Shown piece after piece: positions 9,075 to 20,486 of a stretch of 64,000 bases of DNA. Source of the DNA: an uncultured virus (IMG/VR IMGVR_UViG_3300030376_003448) (taxonomy: Duplodnaviria > Heunggongvirae > Uroviricota > Caudoviricetes); IMG/VR virus record IMGVR_UViG_3300030376_003448; one strand, 5' to 3'. The position numbers were made by a program, and so were the translations under genes. Every line of letters starts with the position of its first letter. Position 1 is the first letter of the stretch. The notes under the pieces were generated by a model that was not told the DNA's origin, searched no databases, and worked only from the letters and a program-made list of their open reading frames with translations.

Positions 9075-11072
9075 ATGTCGTGCGGTTGCGGTTGTGGCGG
9101 AGAGGTCGTCGCATACGAAGACTGGAACGAAACAGATGTTACTGCGGCTGAATATCAAGGTCGCAAGGTAACATTGAACAAACCTTTTAGAACAAAGGGT
9201 GCAAGTAAGAAATTTGGTGTATACACCAAGAATGAAAAAGGCAACGTGGTTCTTGTAAGGTTTGGCGACCCTAACATGGAAATCAAAAGAGATGACCCTG
9301 CTAGGAGAAAGTCGTTCCGTTCCAGACATAACTGCGATAGTCCCGGCCCTAAGTATAAGGCTAGATATTGGAGTTGCCGTCAATGGCGTGACACAAGTAA
9401 GGTGGAAGCTATGGAAGAACCGTGTGGGTGTGGGTGTGCTAATGAATGTAATTGTGATGGAGAATGCGTGTGTGGTAACTACGAAGCTGCGGCCCCAACA
9501 CCAAAGAGTACGGAAACTCATTCTGAGTATATGTCAAGGTGTCAAGAGATGGGCAACAGTAAGGATGAGTGTATGAAAGCTCACGAAGGACACAAATTCA
9601 AAGACCAAGATAAATCACATGATGGTACTGACCACTACAAAGCAGAAATGGAATACGACAACCCCGGAGAAGCTATGGAACAAGCAAAGAAAATGGGTTG
9701 CGACAAAATACACACAATGGAGATGAATGGTAAAACTATCTACATGCCATGCCAATCCCATGAAGAATTCATGAATAAGAGAAAGGGAGATGTAGAAGTA
9801 GAAAGCTACATGAAGAAGAAGAACAAGAAGGATGAAGATGAATACAATGCTCTCCACAACAATGACCATGAGCCAGAGCCATACAAGACTCGCAAGATTA
9901 AGTATAACAGTAATTATGAAAGTGAGTGTAGACCCGGTTACGAAAAGAAAGATGGCATGTGTCAGAAGATAGCAGTTACTTTAGAGTTAGATATAGATGA
10001 GCTTGAAGCAAAGGTAAGTGCTGAAACCGGCAATATTATCTATGAGATAAGGGGAATAGCATTCCATGAGGGTATGAACAAGAACAAGTGGTCCTTGACT
10101 CCGGCTGGTGCAAAGTCCGTGGCTTCACAGATGGAAGGTTCTGATGTAACTCTCATGCACCCAAAGGCTAACGAAACCGGAGCTGGCTTTACTAGAAACA
10201 CAGAAGGAGTTGAAGAAGCAGCAGTCGGTACTATTATGGGTGCAACATTCTTTACTACTGAAGCCGGTTACGATGTAAGGTATGTAGCTAGAGTAACCAG
10301 AGAAGAATTATTCGCATCTATGGAAGATGGTTTGTGGAAGGAGAAGGGTTACGGAGTTTCTATAGGAGGTTCTGGCGTACCTATCTCGGCTTCGGAGGAA
10401 GGTTTTGTTTTTGGTGAGGATTTTACCTTTGACCATCTAGCTTTGGTCAAAAGACCTGCTTACAGTCGTGCAAACGTAGAAACCATAGAGAAGAAGAAAG
10501 TAGATGTGGAAACACCTATAGCCGAAGACAAATCGCAAATGTTTATAGGTCACTCATCATCTGAGCAGAATCAACCAACGGTGATTGCTATGACAACCGA
10601 AGAAAACACAGAAATAAATTATGAGGCCGAGATGGAGTCCGTTCAAGCGGCTCTTGTTCTCGCTAACAGTCGAATTGCAGAGTACGAAGCAGTTGAGGCA
10701 CAAAGAGTTGAGGACGAGCGAATGGCTCTAGTAACTAAGGCATCCGAGCTAGGAATGTCTGGTCACGAAGACCTTTCCACACCTACTCTTGAAACCCTCA
10801 TCGCTTCTTGGGAGGCCGCTCACCCAGAGCCAGCCCCAGTGGAGATGACCCCAGTAGAGTCAGTCGAGAAGCCTGTTGCAGAGCCAGCAGTAGCTTCCGA
10901 GGAAAGACCTACGGTTTCTAACTACCTTAACGGAAAGATGATTTCCAACGATGAGGCAATATACTCCAAGGCTTACAATGCGTGGGCATCAGCTTGGAAC
11001 AAAACACTCGCAGCAGATGAGAGGTCAAGAATGACCGCTCATAAGTACGAGGCATTAAAGGAGATGAATTAA
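9075..11072 (+). CDS. prohead protease/scaffold fusion with N-terminal Cys-rich accessory domains
   Basis: located between portal and capsid; NKNKW, LMHP, GVSIGG, FDHLALVKRPAY protease-like motifs; acidic coiled-coil C-terminus. Confidence 0.75.
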   Translation: MSCGCGCGGEVVAYEDWNETDVTAAEYQGRKVTLNKPFRTKGASKKFGVYTKNEKGNVVLVRFGDPNMEIKRDDPARRKSFRSRHNCDSPGPKYKARYWSCRQWRDTSKVEAMEEPCGCGCANECNCDGECVCGNYEAAAPTPKSTETHSEYMSRCQEMGNSKDECMKAHEGHKFKDQDKSHDGTDHYKAEMEYDNPGEAMEQAKKMGCDKIHTMEMNGKTIYMPCQSHEEFMNKRKGDVEVESYMKKKNKKDEDEYNALHNNDHEPEPYKTRKIKYNSNYESECRPGYEKKDGMCQKIAVTLELDIDELEAKVSAETGNIIYEIRGIAFHEGMNKNKWSLTPAGAKSVASQMEGSDVTLMHPKANETGAGFTRNTEGVEEAAVGTIMGATFFTTEAGYDVRYVARVTREELFASMEDGLWKEKGYGVSIGGSGVPISASEEGFVFGEDFTFDHLALVKRPAYSRANVETIEKKKVDVETPIAEDKSQMFIGHSSSEQNQPTVIAMTTEENTEINYEAEMESVQAALVLANSRIAEYEAVEAQRVEDERMALVTKASELGMSGHEDLSTPTLETLIASWEAAHPEPAPVEMTPVESVEKPVAEPAVASEERPTVSNYLNGKMISNDEAIYSKAYNAWASAWNKTLAADERSRMTAHKYEALKEMN

Positions 11073-11073
11073 G

Positions 11074-11499
11074 ATGGTACAATACGGAGCATTAGACCCA
11101 GTTGCATGTGCAGACATACAGAACACCTTCGCTAGTAAGGGACTTCTAGTAAAGTTTGACGGAAGCGGCGTAATGATAACTGCAAGCGTCACTGACAAGC
11201 CAATCGGCGTAACAATCAGTGAGTCCTCAAGAGGAGAGGACGGAGAGCTTGAGGCAGCAGGTACAGGTACAGTGGCAATCATGCCACTAAGCGGTGTACA
11301 GATGATGAAGTGTGTCGGAGGAGGCGCACTCAAGACCGGAGAGAGGCTTTACGTTTCTCAGACATCAGAAGCAGACGGCCACGTTCACACAACGGCATCA
11401 AACTCCGCAACATTCGTTGGAGTTTACATGGGAGCAGACAACACAACCCCAGCAGCCGGTGACTTAATACCAGTCCTTTGTGCTACGGTGGTGGCATAG
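11074..11499 (+). CDS. capsid decoration/cement protein
   Basis: 141 aa beta-rich small-residue protein (PIGV, G.RLYV, FVGV..G, AAGDLIPV) directly before the capsid gene. Confidence 0.65.
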   Translation: MVQYGALDPVACADIQNTFASKGLLVKFDGSGVMITASVTDKPIGVTISESSRGEDGELEAAGTGTVAIMPLSGVQMMKCVGGGALKTGERLYVSQTSEADGHVHTTASNSATFVGVYMGADNTTPAAGDLIPVLCATVVA

Positions 11500-11529
11500 A
11501 ATAATTAGAGGAGATAAGAGGTGAAAAAT

Positions 11530-12438
11530 ATGAATCAGACATTGGAAGAAATACTAAACGTAGAGGCCGCTACTGGCCCATTCGCACCCGGAGATGCCGT
11601 TCTTGAGCAGACTCTCCGTGACTTTATCCAGCTACAATCAAACACAATCGCTATCGCAACCGACCTAGTTGGTGTACGAAGCGTACCTTGGCTATCATTC
11701 ACATGGTACACAGGAGTTGTGGGAACATTCTCATACCCATTGGACGATGTTGCACTAACTGACCCAACCAACATTGGAACTGCTAACTACAGTACCAAGC
11801 TAGAGAAGGGACAGGGACGATGCACTTTCCTCGACGCAGTAAGGCTAAGAGGCGAGTCCTTTGAGAACATTGACAGGCAGCAGCTAGGAATCGTTAGAGC
11901 TAGGGCTGACACAATTGACAATCACATACTAACAACCTTAGTAGGTGGAGCAGACAACTCAGTCGCAGCAACCGCAGTCTTCGGAAGCGGTTCTGCTGAT
12001 GAGGAAGGCGACATTCTTGGAGCTATGGATGACATCTTTGCTAACGCAAAGGTTTCTGGCAACGAGCCTCTAGCTCTTGTCCTTCCAGCCGACAAAAGAA
12101 GTGCTATCCTAAACACAACACTATACGGAAACGTCGTTGAGTCACTAGGCGACCACTTGAGGAGAATCGCAAACCTAAGCATTTACTACACCAGAGATTT
12201 CGGAAGCGGCAACGCACTAGGCAACGACGCTATCCTTATGGTTCCCGGTGCTGAAACTGCTGAATTCTTTACCTACAATGGACCCGGTTTCCAAGAAACT
12301 GAGCTAACCAGACTCCCCGGAGTAGGGTTTGACTGGCTTCTAACTGGCTACATGGGAAGCGTTATCCACGAACACCAAGACGGTGCTTCTGCTAACAAGA
12401 CCCACAGGATAGTCAAGCTAACCGGAGTACGCTCTTGA
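11530..12438 (+). CDS. major capsid protein (HK97 fold)
   Basis: about 302 aa after scaffold and decoration genes, GAGGTG SD, biased codon usage, C-terminal RIVKLTGV. Confidence 0.8.
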   Translation: MNQTLEEILNVEAATGPFAPGDAVLEQTLRDFIQLQSNTIAIATDLVGVRSVPWLSFTWYTGVVGTFSYPLDDVALTDPTNIGTANYSTKLEKGQGRCTFLDAVRLRGESFENIDRQQLGIVRARADTIDNHILTTLVGGADNSVAATAVFGSGSADEEGDILGAMDDIFANAKVSGNEPLALVLPADKRSAILNTTLYGNVVESLGDHLRRIANLSIYYTRDFGSGNALGNDAILMVPGAETAEFFTYNGPGFQETELTRLPGVGFDWLLTGYMGSVIHEHQDGASANKTHRIVKLTGVRS

Positions 12439-12455
12439 ATAAGGGGCGTGTCTGA

Positions 12456-12884
12456 ATGGCAGAGAAAAAGAAGAAGGCTTCTACTAAGAAGGCCACTCCT
12501 AAGAAAGTGGCGAAGCCCAAGGCAAAACCAAAGGCGGCTCCAAAAGGGCCATCTAAGGCATCCTTGGCTTCGTCACTCAAGGAGAAAGGTATTCCTCTAC
12601 CTGTTTCCGGCGAAGCATCTGATATGGAGCATCGCCTAAAGCATTGGAAATCTGGTATGGGTTACATGGTAAGATTGCATAGAAATGCTGGTGGAAGGTT
12701 CAAGGACCATCCCCTGTCATTACTTGACTCACCCAGAAAGGCTCTTTATTGGCTACCAGATAGCGAGATGGCAGAAAAGATTCTCGCTACACGCAGAGTT
12801 GTAGTAGTAGGTCGAGTAAGCGAACCTTCAAGTAACATGATAGTTATTGATGTTCCATCGGACTACGATACAAGATTTGCGTGA
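12456..12884 (+). CDS. hypothetical protein with K/A/P-rich N-terminus and HeH-like motif
   Basis: KKATPKKVAKPKAKPK followed by LASSLKEKGIPLPVSGEASDMEHRL. Confidence 0.65.
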   Translation: MAEKKKKASTKKATPKKVAKPKAKPKAAPKGPSKASLASSLKEKGIPLPVSGEASDMEHRLKHWKSGMGYMVRLHRNAGGRFKDHPLSLLDSPRKALYWLPDSEMAEKILATRRVVVVGRVSEPSSNMIVIDVPSDYDTRFA

Positions 12885-12895
12885 GGTGTTAATAA

Positions 12896-13378
12896 GTGCC
12901 ATTTGATATGGGAGAGTTGGTTGTAGATGAAGGTGCAACCGTAGGCGACACAAGCATTTCTCCTAGAGTTATTAGGGACCTACTAAACAGACCTAGAGGT
13001 TTGAATGCCGCTACTATCATAGAGTATCTTAACATTAGAATAGCAGAGATTAACAAGAAGTCCAGAGAGTCTGGTTATGTTGGTGTCACTACTAACGCAC
13101 CTACTACGGCACTAAGAGAATCAGCTATTAAGTTTCTAGTATGTTGTGACTGTCTAAGGGTTCTCATAGACACTATACCAGCAGTAGTGCCAGAAAAAGA
13201 ACAAGGTACATCAGATATCAGATTCAACAAGCAGTTGGCTTCATTTGAGAAGCAAGCGGCACAACTTGTCGCACAAATAGAGGAGAAGGGTGGTACGGCT
13301 TTCTATACAAAGGCTACAACTGCCAAAGTGAGTGGTACAACAAGCGGTCAGTTATCCGGGTCACTCAATTATGAGTGA
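12896..13378 (+). CDS. putative head-tail adaptor
   Basis: helical 160 aa protein downstream of capsid; positional inference. Confidence 0.5.
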   Translation: MPFDMGELVVDEGATVGDTSISPRVIRDLLNRPRGLNAATIIEYLNIRIAEINKKSRESGYVGVTTNAPTTALRESAIKFLVCCDCLRVLIDTIPAVVPEKEQGTSDIRFNKQLASFEKQAAQLVAQIEEKGGTAFYTKATTAKVSGTTSGQLSGSLNYE

Positions 13379-13387
13379 GGGAAATAA

Positions 13388-14572
13388 ATGGCAGAAGTCA
13401 AATGGATAGGTAGCACAAGCACAGACCCCACTACTGCAAGTAACTGGTCTACTGGTAATTTACCTACTGCTAGTGATAGTATGATTTTTGATGGTAGCGC
13501 ACAAGCAAACTGTCAATTTAATGGGACCTTTCCTAATACTGTTCATGATATAAAAATAGCATCTGATTGGAACACAGACTATCAGATAACTACTGGCGGT
13601 GCTTCTGTAATAAATGTAGGTGGGTTTCTATCTATTGGTGCAGAAAATGTTATCAACGCTTCTCACTCACTTACTTTTAATTTTACTGGTTCTGCAAGTG
13701 TGCCAGCCTATGTTGGTGATGGTGGTGCTACAACATCAGCGTTTGTAAATATGAGCCTTAATTCTGGTAGTGTTTTTACCAGTGAAACAAGCAGAGCAAA
13801 CACTATCTATAACTTTGATGCTACTTCTACTACTATGGTAGATGGTGTTTATCCTCAACTTAAAGGTACTGGTATAATAAAAACAAAAAAGATTTACAGT
13901 GATGCCTCAAGAACGGCATTCAATACATATGGTTCTGTAGATATGTGGACTATAATCACAGACCTAAAGTTTGAGTCAGAGAAGTATGATATATACGATT
14001 ACGAAAAGGTATTTTTGTTTGAGGGTGGTTTTACTGCTCTAGGAGAAAACTTCAAGTTTGGTCACACTACTGCTAAATTCAAAACATACAGAAGCTCTGG
14101 CACAGGCTCCGTAGTATTCCCAGTCACAGGTGAGCTTAACAGTGCGGCATTTGGTAATGATACCACAAAAGTATTCAACACACAATATCACAAGGTAGTC
14201 ATAGAGGCTAATGATAACACGGCTAACTACTGGTTAGTAAGTGACGGTAAGGTGCTTGAGTGCAACGAGCTTGTGATAAACGACGGTGGTAGGTTCTATG
14301 CTAATATGGCTGGCAATAACTCAGTGGTAATCAGATGCACAAGAAGGCCAACAGTGATAGGTGATTGGAATTTCAGACAGGTAACAGAAGGTATCTACGA
14401 AAGTATAGGTGGTACTAATGTTCTTCCCGTCACTCACGGTGGTACTGGTCTTACTACCGTTGTACCCGGAGCTATTCTGTATGGTGACGGACAAGGCAAT
14501 CTAGTAGTGTTAAGTCCGGGCGGAAATGGTACAACACTTACTATTAGTGGTGGTGTTCCTGTATGGAGTTAA
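13388..14572 (+). CDS. virion structural / fibre-associated protein
   Basis: W.G..STD...ASNW N-terminus, LPVTHGGTG and G..LTISGGVPVW fibre-type motifs. Confidence 0.65.
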   Translation: MAEVKWIGSTSTDPTTASNWSTGNLPTASDSMIFDGSAQANCQFNGTFPNTVHDIKIASDWNTDYQITTGGASVINVGGFLSIGAENVINASHSLTFNFTGSASVPAYVGDGGATTSAFVNMSLNSGSVFTSETSRANTIYNFDATSTTMVDGVYPQLKGTGIIKTKKIYSDASRTAFNTYGSVDMWTIITDLKFESEKYDIYDYEKVFLFEGGFTALGENFKFGHTTAKFKTYRSSGTGSVVFPVTGELNSAAFGNDTTKVFNTQYHKVVIEANDNTANYWLVSDGKVLECNELVINDGGRFYANMAGNNSVVIRCTRRPTVIGDWNFRQVTEGIYESIGGTNVLPVTHGGTGLTTVVPGAILYGDGQGNLVVLSPGGNGTTLTISGGVPVWS

Positions 14573-14636
14573 GGAAACTGTAATAAAACATACTTAAAAT
14601 AAAACAAATGCGGGCGTAGCGTATAGGAGGGAAAGA

Positions 14637-17600
14637 ATGCCACTAACTGACAACAAGAACATAATCCTTGGCGACGAATCCGACAGGACCAGCGTTACAC
14701 CGCACACCGCTCAACTCTTAAAGGATGCAGACGCAACCTATCTTTTCTATGGTGATGGTACTACCGTAGGTGGTATAGCAGTAGATGTAAGGCCATCCGT
14801 TACTAAGACAGGTACTTACACCTTTGTCAGAAAAGACGAAGGTAGACTTGTTATTCTAAACACAAGTAGCGACATAACATTTACTATCCCTACTGACGCT
14901 AGTGTTTCTTTCCCAGATGGCGACACTGAGCTTCATGTAATAAACATAGGTAGTGGTACTCTAACACTAGCCGGTGCTTCCGGCGTTACTCTGTCTGGTA
15001 CTACAAGTTTAGGTCAGTACAACAGAGCTACTGTTAGAAAGGTAGCCGCAAACTCATGGGTCAATACATCATCAGTTGGTGTTACTGGACCCACCGGTCC
15101 TTCCGGCCCTACCGGAGCCACAGGCCCGACTGGGCCTCAAGGTGCTACCGGACCTACCGGACCTGCCGGTTCAGATGGTAGCGACGGCTCAACAGGACCT
15201 ACGGGACCAGCAGGTCCAACTGGACCTACGGGACCTACGGGACCAGCGGGAGCAGATGGGTCTGACGGCAGTACCGGTCCTACGGGACCTACAGGGCCTT
15301 CTGGTCCATCGGGGCCTCAAGGAACACAGGGACCAGAGGGACCAACCGGACCGACTGGACCTACCGGCCCCACTGGACCAACCGGCCCTACGGGAAGTGT
15401 AGGACCAGAGGGTTTGGTGTTTGAGGGTGCTTGGAATGGTGGCACATCTTATTCTATAGACGACGCAGTTACACACAACGGTAACTCTTTCATAGCCACC
15501 GCAGCACACTCAAATCAAGAACCACCTAATGCATCCTACTGGGCCGTTCTTTCTGCTAAGGGTGACACAGGACCTACTGGTCCTAGTGGCCCGACAGGAC
15601 CTACAGGTCCCACAGGTCCTCAAGGCCCAACTGGACCTGCTGGTTCTGATGGCTCCGATGGAAGCACCGGACCTACTGGCCCAACAGGTCCTAGTGGCCC
15701 CACTGGACCTACTGGCCCAACCGGACCCGCAGGGGCAGCCGGAGGATTTGGAACTCCTAGTGCCAGCACTGGACCAATAGGTGTAAGCGCAAGCGGTCCA
15801 GACTCAGCAAAGGTATTTGCTTTTACTATTCCAGCCGGTGCAACCGGACCTACAGGACCAACTGGACCCACAGGACCGACAGGTCCTAGTGGCCCTGCCG
15901 GAAGCGATGGTTCAGATGGTGGCACTGGACCTACAGGACCCACTGGACCTACTGGACCTACAGGTACGGCAGCAGGGTTTGGAACACCTACTGCTAGTAG
16001 CGGTCCTATAGCAGTTTCTTCTTCCGGGCCGGACACGGCAAAAGTTTTCGCTTTTACTATTCCTACCGGAGCTACGGGGCCAACTGGACCTGCCGGACCA
16101 ACAGGGTCACAAGGACCAGCAGGTTCGGATGGCGCAGATGGTAGCACCGGACCAACAGGACCAGCCGGTTCTACAGGACCGACAGGACCTTCGGGACCAA
16201 CGGGGCCAGATGGCCCAACCGGACCAACTGGTACTGCTGCTGGCTTTGGCAGTCCTAGTGCTTCAACAGGACCTATAGGCATAACTGCCAGTGGTCCAGA
16301 TACCGCCAAGGTGTTTGAATTTTCTATACCCGCAGGGGCCACTGGACCCACTGGTCCCACAGGCCCCGCCGGAGGTACAGGTCCAACTGGACCTACCGGT
16401 CCTCAAGGTTCCACAGGACCCACTGGACCAAGCGGTCCCTCTGGGTCAGATGGTTCTGATGGTAGTGATGGAGCAGCCGCCGGGTTTGGTACACCAACTG
16501 CAACTACGGGACCAATAGGAATTACTGCTTCTGGACCAGATACCGCAAAGGTTTTCGCATTCAGCATACCGTCTGGTGCAACTGGCCCAACTGGGCCTAC
16601 GGGACCGACGGGGCCTACAGGTCCTACCGGTCCGACAGGTTCTCAAGGTACACAAGGACCAGCAGGTAACGATGGTTCAGATGGAAGTGACGGCTCTGCT
16701 GGTGCGGCGGCGGGATTCGGAACACCAACGGCCTCAACAGGACCCATAGGAGTTACTGCTTCTGGACCAGATACTTCTAAAGTGTTTGCTTTCTCTATAC
16801 CCCAAGGTGCTACGGGAGCTACGGGGCCTACGGGACCCGCTGGTGGGACAGGCCCCACAGGACCTAGTGGACCTGCTGGCTCCGATGGTAACGACGGTAA
16901 CGACGGAGCGGCCGCTGGATTTGGTACACCATCAGCTTCTACAGGACCAATAGGTGTCACGGCTTCTGGACCAGACACGGCCAAAGTATTTGCTTTCTCT
17001 ATACCTGCTGGCGCAACTGGACCTACTGGGCCGTCCGGCCCCACAGGACCGACTGGACCTACGGGACCACAAGGTTCCTTTGGCGGTGCTACATTCAAGT
17101 ACGACTTTAGCACAACAACGACAAACAGTGACCCCGGCGCAGGTAAGATAAGGTTCGATAATGCCACACAAAACGGCACTACCGGTATCTACATAGATGA
17201 TTCCGACCTAGACGGGTCAGATATACAATCCTTCTTAAGAACAATAGACGATTCTACTTCTACCATAAAAGGACATGTAAAGGTAAGCAACCTTACAGAC
17301 CCATCACAATTCACACTACATACAATATCCTCTCTCAGTGAGCAATCGGGTTACTTCGATATAACTGTCAGCACAGTGGATTCATCTGCTACATCACCGT
17401 TTAGCGATGGCGAAGATGTATCAGTTACGTTTGCTAGGACTGGTGACAAAGGAGATACAGGTTCTACTGGCCCCACAGGGCCGACTGGTCCAACCGGGCC
17501 ATCTGGCCCCGCCGGGTCTGATGGTAGCGATGGGTCAGACGGAGCAGACGGAGCAACCGGACCTTCTGGTCCGACGGGACCTTCTGGTCCAACTGGTCCA

Positions 17601-19859
17601 ACTGGTCCAACAGGTTCGGCGGCTGGCTTCGGTAGCCCCAGTGCCTCTACAGGCCCCATAGGTGTTACTGCATCCGGTCCAGACACTGCTAAGGTCTTTG
17701 CCTTCAGCATACCTGCGGGTGCAACAGGTCCTACAGGACCGACCGGACCAGCCGGACCAACAGGTCCCGCTGGTTCAGACGGTTCAGATGGGTCAGATGG
17801 AAGTACGGGTCCAACAGGACCTACAGGCCCAACTGGTCCCGGTGGCGCAGCCGCAGGGTTCGGTACACCTACCGCATCTACCGGTCCTATTGGTGTTACC
17901 GCTAGTGGGCCTAATGCTTCTAAGGTCTTTGCATTCTCTATCCCTGCTGGTGCTACAGGACCAACAGGACCTACCGGTCCTTCTGGGCCTACAGGACCTG
18001 CCGGAAGCGACGGCTCAGATGGGTCAGACGGTAGTACCGGACCCACCGGCCCTACCGGACCGACAGGTCCCAGTGGAGGCACAGGCCCAACAGGACCTAC
18101 TGGAACCGCAGCAGGTTTCGGTACGCCGACGGCAAGCACTGGTCCTATAGGGGTAACGGCAAGCGGGCCAGCTACCGCTAAAGTATTCGCATTCTCGATA
18201 CCAGCAGGTGCGGCAGGTCCTACTGGACCAACTGGACCTACAGGCCCAGCAGGGTCGGACGGAAGTGACGGTTCAACAGGGCCTACTGGACCTACCGGTC
18301 CAACGGGTCCGACAGGGCCTACTGGTCCCGCAGGTAGCGACGGTAGCGATGGAGGTACAGGACCAAGCGGTCCTACAGGTCCAGCCGGTCCCACTGGTCC
18401 TACTGGACCAGCCGGACCAACGGGACCGGACGGTGCAGTTGGTGGTGCTACTTTCCATTATGATACATCTTCACACACTAACGATTCTGCTCCGGGTGCT
18501 GGATTCTTTAGATTCAACAACTTTAGCACTCAAACATCAGCCACTATTCTTTACATAGACGACGATGATAAGAATAGTAATGATATATCTTCCTTCCTTC
18601 AAACTATTGATGACTCTACATCTACTATCAAGGGTCATTTGAAGATTAGTAAGAAATCCGACCCATCAGACTTCTTGTTATTTACTATCGCTTCCTTAGT
18701 TGATGCGACAGGTTACTTCAAAGTTACAGTAGCCAATGTTGCTTCATCAGCATCAAGCCCATTTTCGGGTGACGATGATGTGTTTATCACCTTTGCTAGA
18801 ACAGGAGATGCGGGTGCGACAGGGCCAACTGGCCCTGCGGGTCCTACTGGTCCTACCGGACCAACTGGTCCAGCCGGAGATGACGGTAGCGATGGTAGTG
18901 CCGGACCAACTGGTCCTACCGGACCTACAGGACCGACAGGTCCTACCGGACCAGCAGGTCCCAGTGGTGGTACGGGGGCTATTGGCGGCTTAGATGATGT
19001 AACAATGGATGCAACTAATTTCACAGATGGACTTCTCATACAAACTAATAGTGATGGTTCAGCCCCGACAACGGGAACATTAAGTTCGGCAAATGACAAT
19101 ATAGGTATCGGGAAAAATGTATTCTCCGCATTGACTTCCGGTGATAACAACTTGTCTTTAGGAAATAATTCTGGTGATGCAATAAATTCTGGACATAGAA
19201 ATGTGTTGCTAGGACATAATGCAGGTAGTGGGGTTACAACCGGAAACAAAAATACGGTTGTTGGTGCAAACGCTATGGAAACAGGTGGAACCGGAGCGGT
19301 TGGTAATACTGTTGTTGGTTTCGGAGCCATAGGTAGTGCAGGTAATGGTGTTGATAATAACACTGCTATTGGGTTTCAAGCACTATCATCTACAAGTGGT
19401 GATAACAATATAGCAATAGGTTATCAAGCCGGTGATAATATCACCTCTGGTTCTAACAACTTAGTCATAGGAAGCATTGATACTGGTAGTGCAACAGGTG
19501 ACGGCCAAATACGCATAGCGAATGGCGATGGAAGCGTAACATGGATAGCCGGTGACGAGAACGGAATCAAGGCCCACAAGATTAAGGTCGTACCCATAAC
19601 AGGAACAACACAATTGACAGACGCACAATCCGGTTCCTATGTCTATGTCACAAGTAGCGGAGTACCAACCCTTCCAGATACCGCCGAATTAGGACAACAA
19701 TACACGATAATAAACAACAAGGGCTCGCAAATAACCGTTGGTCTTGGTTCAAATGGCTCTGGTGGAAATAATACTCTCATAGGCACTGCGACCGTGGATG
19801 ACGACAAGGCCAAGACCTTCGTAGCAGTAGCAACTAACACATGGTTCGCCATAGGGTGA
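14637..19859 (+). CDS. collagen-like fibre / adhesin (GPT repeats)
   Basis: 1740 aa; long Gly-Pro-Thr tracts, nine AAGFG.P.A.TGPI...SGP..AKVF.F.IP modules, CBM5/12-like segment, YadA-head-like N..IG repeats. Confidence 0.9.
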   Translation: MPLTDNKNIILGDESDRTSVTPHTAQLLKDADATYLFYGDGTTVGGIAVDVRPSVTKTGTYTFVRKDEGRLVILNTSSDITFTIPTDASVSFPDGDTELHVINIGSGTLTLAGASGVTLSGTTSLGQYNRATVRKVAANSWVNTSSVGVTGPTGPSGPTGATGPTGPQGATGPTGPAGSDGSDGSTGPTGPAGPTGPTGPTGPAGADGSDGSTGPTGPTGPSGPSGPQGTQGPEGPTGPTGPTGPTGPTGPTGSVGPEGLVFEGAWNGGTSYSIDDAVTHNGNSFIATAAHSNQEPPNASYWAVLSAKGDTGPTGPSGPTGPTGPTGPQGPTGPAGSDGSDGSTGPTGPTGPSGPTGPTGPTGPAGAAGGFGTPSASTGPIGVSASGPDSAKVFAFTIPAGATGPTGPTGPTGPTGPSGPAGSDGSDGGTGPTGPTGPTGPTGTAAGFGTPTASSGPIAVSSSGPDTAKVFAFTIPTGATGPTGPAGPTGSQGPAGSDGADGSTGPTGPAGSTGPTGPSGPTGPDGPTGPTGTAAGFGSPSASTGPIGITASGPDTAKVFEFSIPAGATGPTGPTGPAGGTGPTGPTGPQGSTGPTGPSGPSGSDGSDGSDGAAAGFGTPTATTGPIGITASGPDTAKVFAFSIPSGATGPTGPTGPTGPTGPTGPTGSQGTQGPAGNDGSDGSDGSAGAAAGFGTPTASTGPIGVTASGPDTSKVFAFSIPQGATGATGPTGPAGGTGPTGPSGPAGSDGNDGNDGAAAGFGTPSASTGPIGVTASGPDTAKVFAFSIPAGATGPTGPSGPTGPTGPTGPQGSFGGATFKYDFSTTTTNSDPGAGKIRFDNATQNGTTGIYIDDSDLDGSDIQSFLRTIDDSTSTIKGHVKVSNLTDPSQFTLHTISSLSEQSGYFDITVSTVDSSATSPFSDGEDVSVTFARTGDKGDTGSTGPTGPTGPTGPSGPAGSDGSDGSDGADGATGPSGPTGPSGPTGPTGPTGSAAGFGSPSASTGPIGVTASGPDTAKVFAFSIPAGATGPTGPTGPAGPTGPAGSDGSDGSDGSTGPTGPTGPTGPGGAAAGFGTPTASTGPIGVTASGPNASKVFAFSIPAGATGPTGPTGPSGPTGPAGSDGSDGSDGSTGPTGPTGPTGPSGGTGPTGPTGTAAGFGTPTASTGPIGVTASGPATAKVFAFSIPAGAAGPTGPTGPTGPAGSDGSDGSTGPTGPTGPTGPTGPTGPAGSDGSDGGTGPSGPTGPAGPTGPTGPAGPTGPDGAVGGATFHYDTSSHTNDSAPGAGFFRFNNFSTQTSATILYIDDDDKNSNDISSFLQTIDDSTSTIKGHLKISKKSDPSDFLLFTIASLVDATGYFKVTVANVASSASSPFSGDDDVFITFARTGDAGATGPTGPAGPTGPTGPTGPAGDDGSDGSAGPTGPTGPTGPTGPTGPAGPSGGTGAIGGLDDVTMDATNFTDGLLIQTNSDGSAPTTGTLSSANDNIGIGKNVFSALTSGDNNLSLGNNSGDAINSGHRNVLLGHNAGSGVTTGNKNTVVGANAMETGGTGAVGNTVVGFGAIGSAGNGVDNNTAIGFQALSSTSGDNNIAIGYQAGDNITSGSNNLVIGSIDTGSATGDGQIRIANGDGSVTWIAGDENGIKAHKIKVVPITGTTQLTDAQSGSYVYVTSSGVPTLPDTAELGQQYTIINNKGSQITVGLGSNGSGGNNTLIGTATVDDDKAKTFVAVATNTWFAIG

Positions 19860-19863
19860 TTGA

Positions 19864-20442
19864 ATGGCTTCGATAATGATGGGTGTCGCTGGTTGCGCTC
19901 AACAGGCTTCTGGTGGTGTAAGTGCGCCTACGGCGGCTTTAATCGCCACATCTTCTTCGGGCAACTACGCCAAAGCGGTGACAATACATGACGTTACCGG
20001 GGCTGCTTCGATATACGAGGAGGATGGAAGTAATTTTAGCGGTGACGCTCTTACCAAGAATGTATCTGTACTTCAGTTAGCATCAACCGGCACATCTGCT
20101 GAAGTGCTTGCGTTTGGTGGTTATTGTAGAGTAACAGGAACGGCTGCGACCTCATTCCAATGGAACGTGACCGTAACTGGCACATCATTAACGGCGGGTT
20201 CTGCCTCAACGTCGGGTACTGCTGCCACCGCTCAAGACGTAACAGACCCTACTGGCGTTAGTGGAGGAAACTATGGTGAGATGGGCGAGGGTGTTCTCAT
20301 TCAATATGGCGGGTCAAAGGCAGGTGTTACCTACCCCTCCATCGGTGATTCCATAGATATAGAAATTGATTGTTCTGCTACTAATGCTGGTGGAACCGTC
20401 AATGCCCCAACACTCAGTATTACCATAAACTATGTTGAATGA
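19864..20442 (+). CDS. G/S/T/A-rich structural protein (fibre partner)
   Basis: beta-rich composition, follows fibre gene. Confidence 0.6.
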   Translation: MASIMMGVAGCAQQASGGVSAPTAALIATSSSGNYAKAVTIHDVTGAASIYEEDGSNFSGDALTKNVSVLQLASTGTSAEVLAFGGYCRVTGTAATSFQWNVTVTGTSLTAGSASTSGTAATAQDVTDPTGVSGGNYGEMGEGVLIQYGGSKAGVTYPSIGDSIDIEIDCSATNAGGTVNAPTLSITINYVE

Positions 20443-20486
20443 CACTAATACATACCTGTTAAATATACTAGGCGTGATTTGATATC

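Noticed and set aside
15076..19363. Long antisense and alternative-frame ORFs (GPVGPV...) over the fibre gene
   Set aside because: By-products of the repetitive GGN-CCN-ACN collagen coding; no independent start signals.
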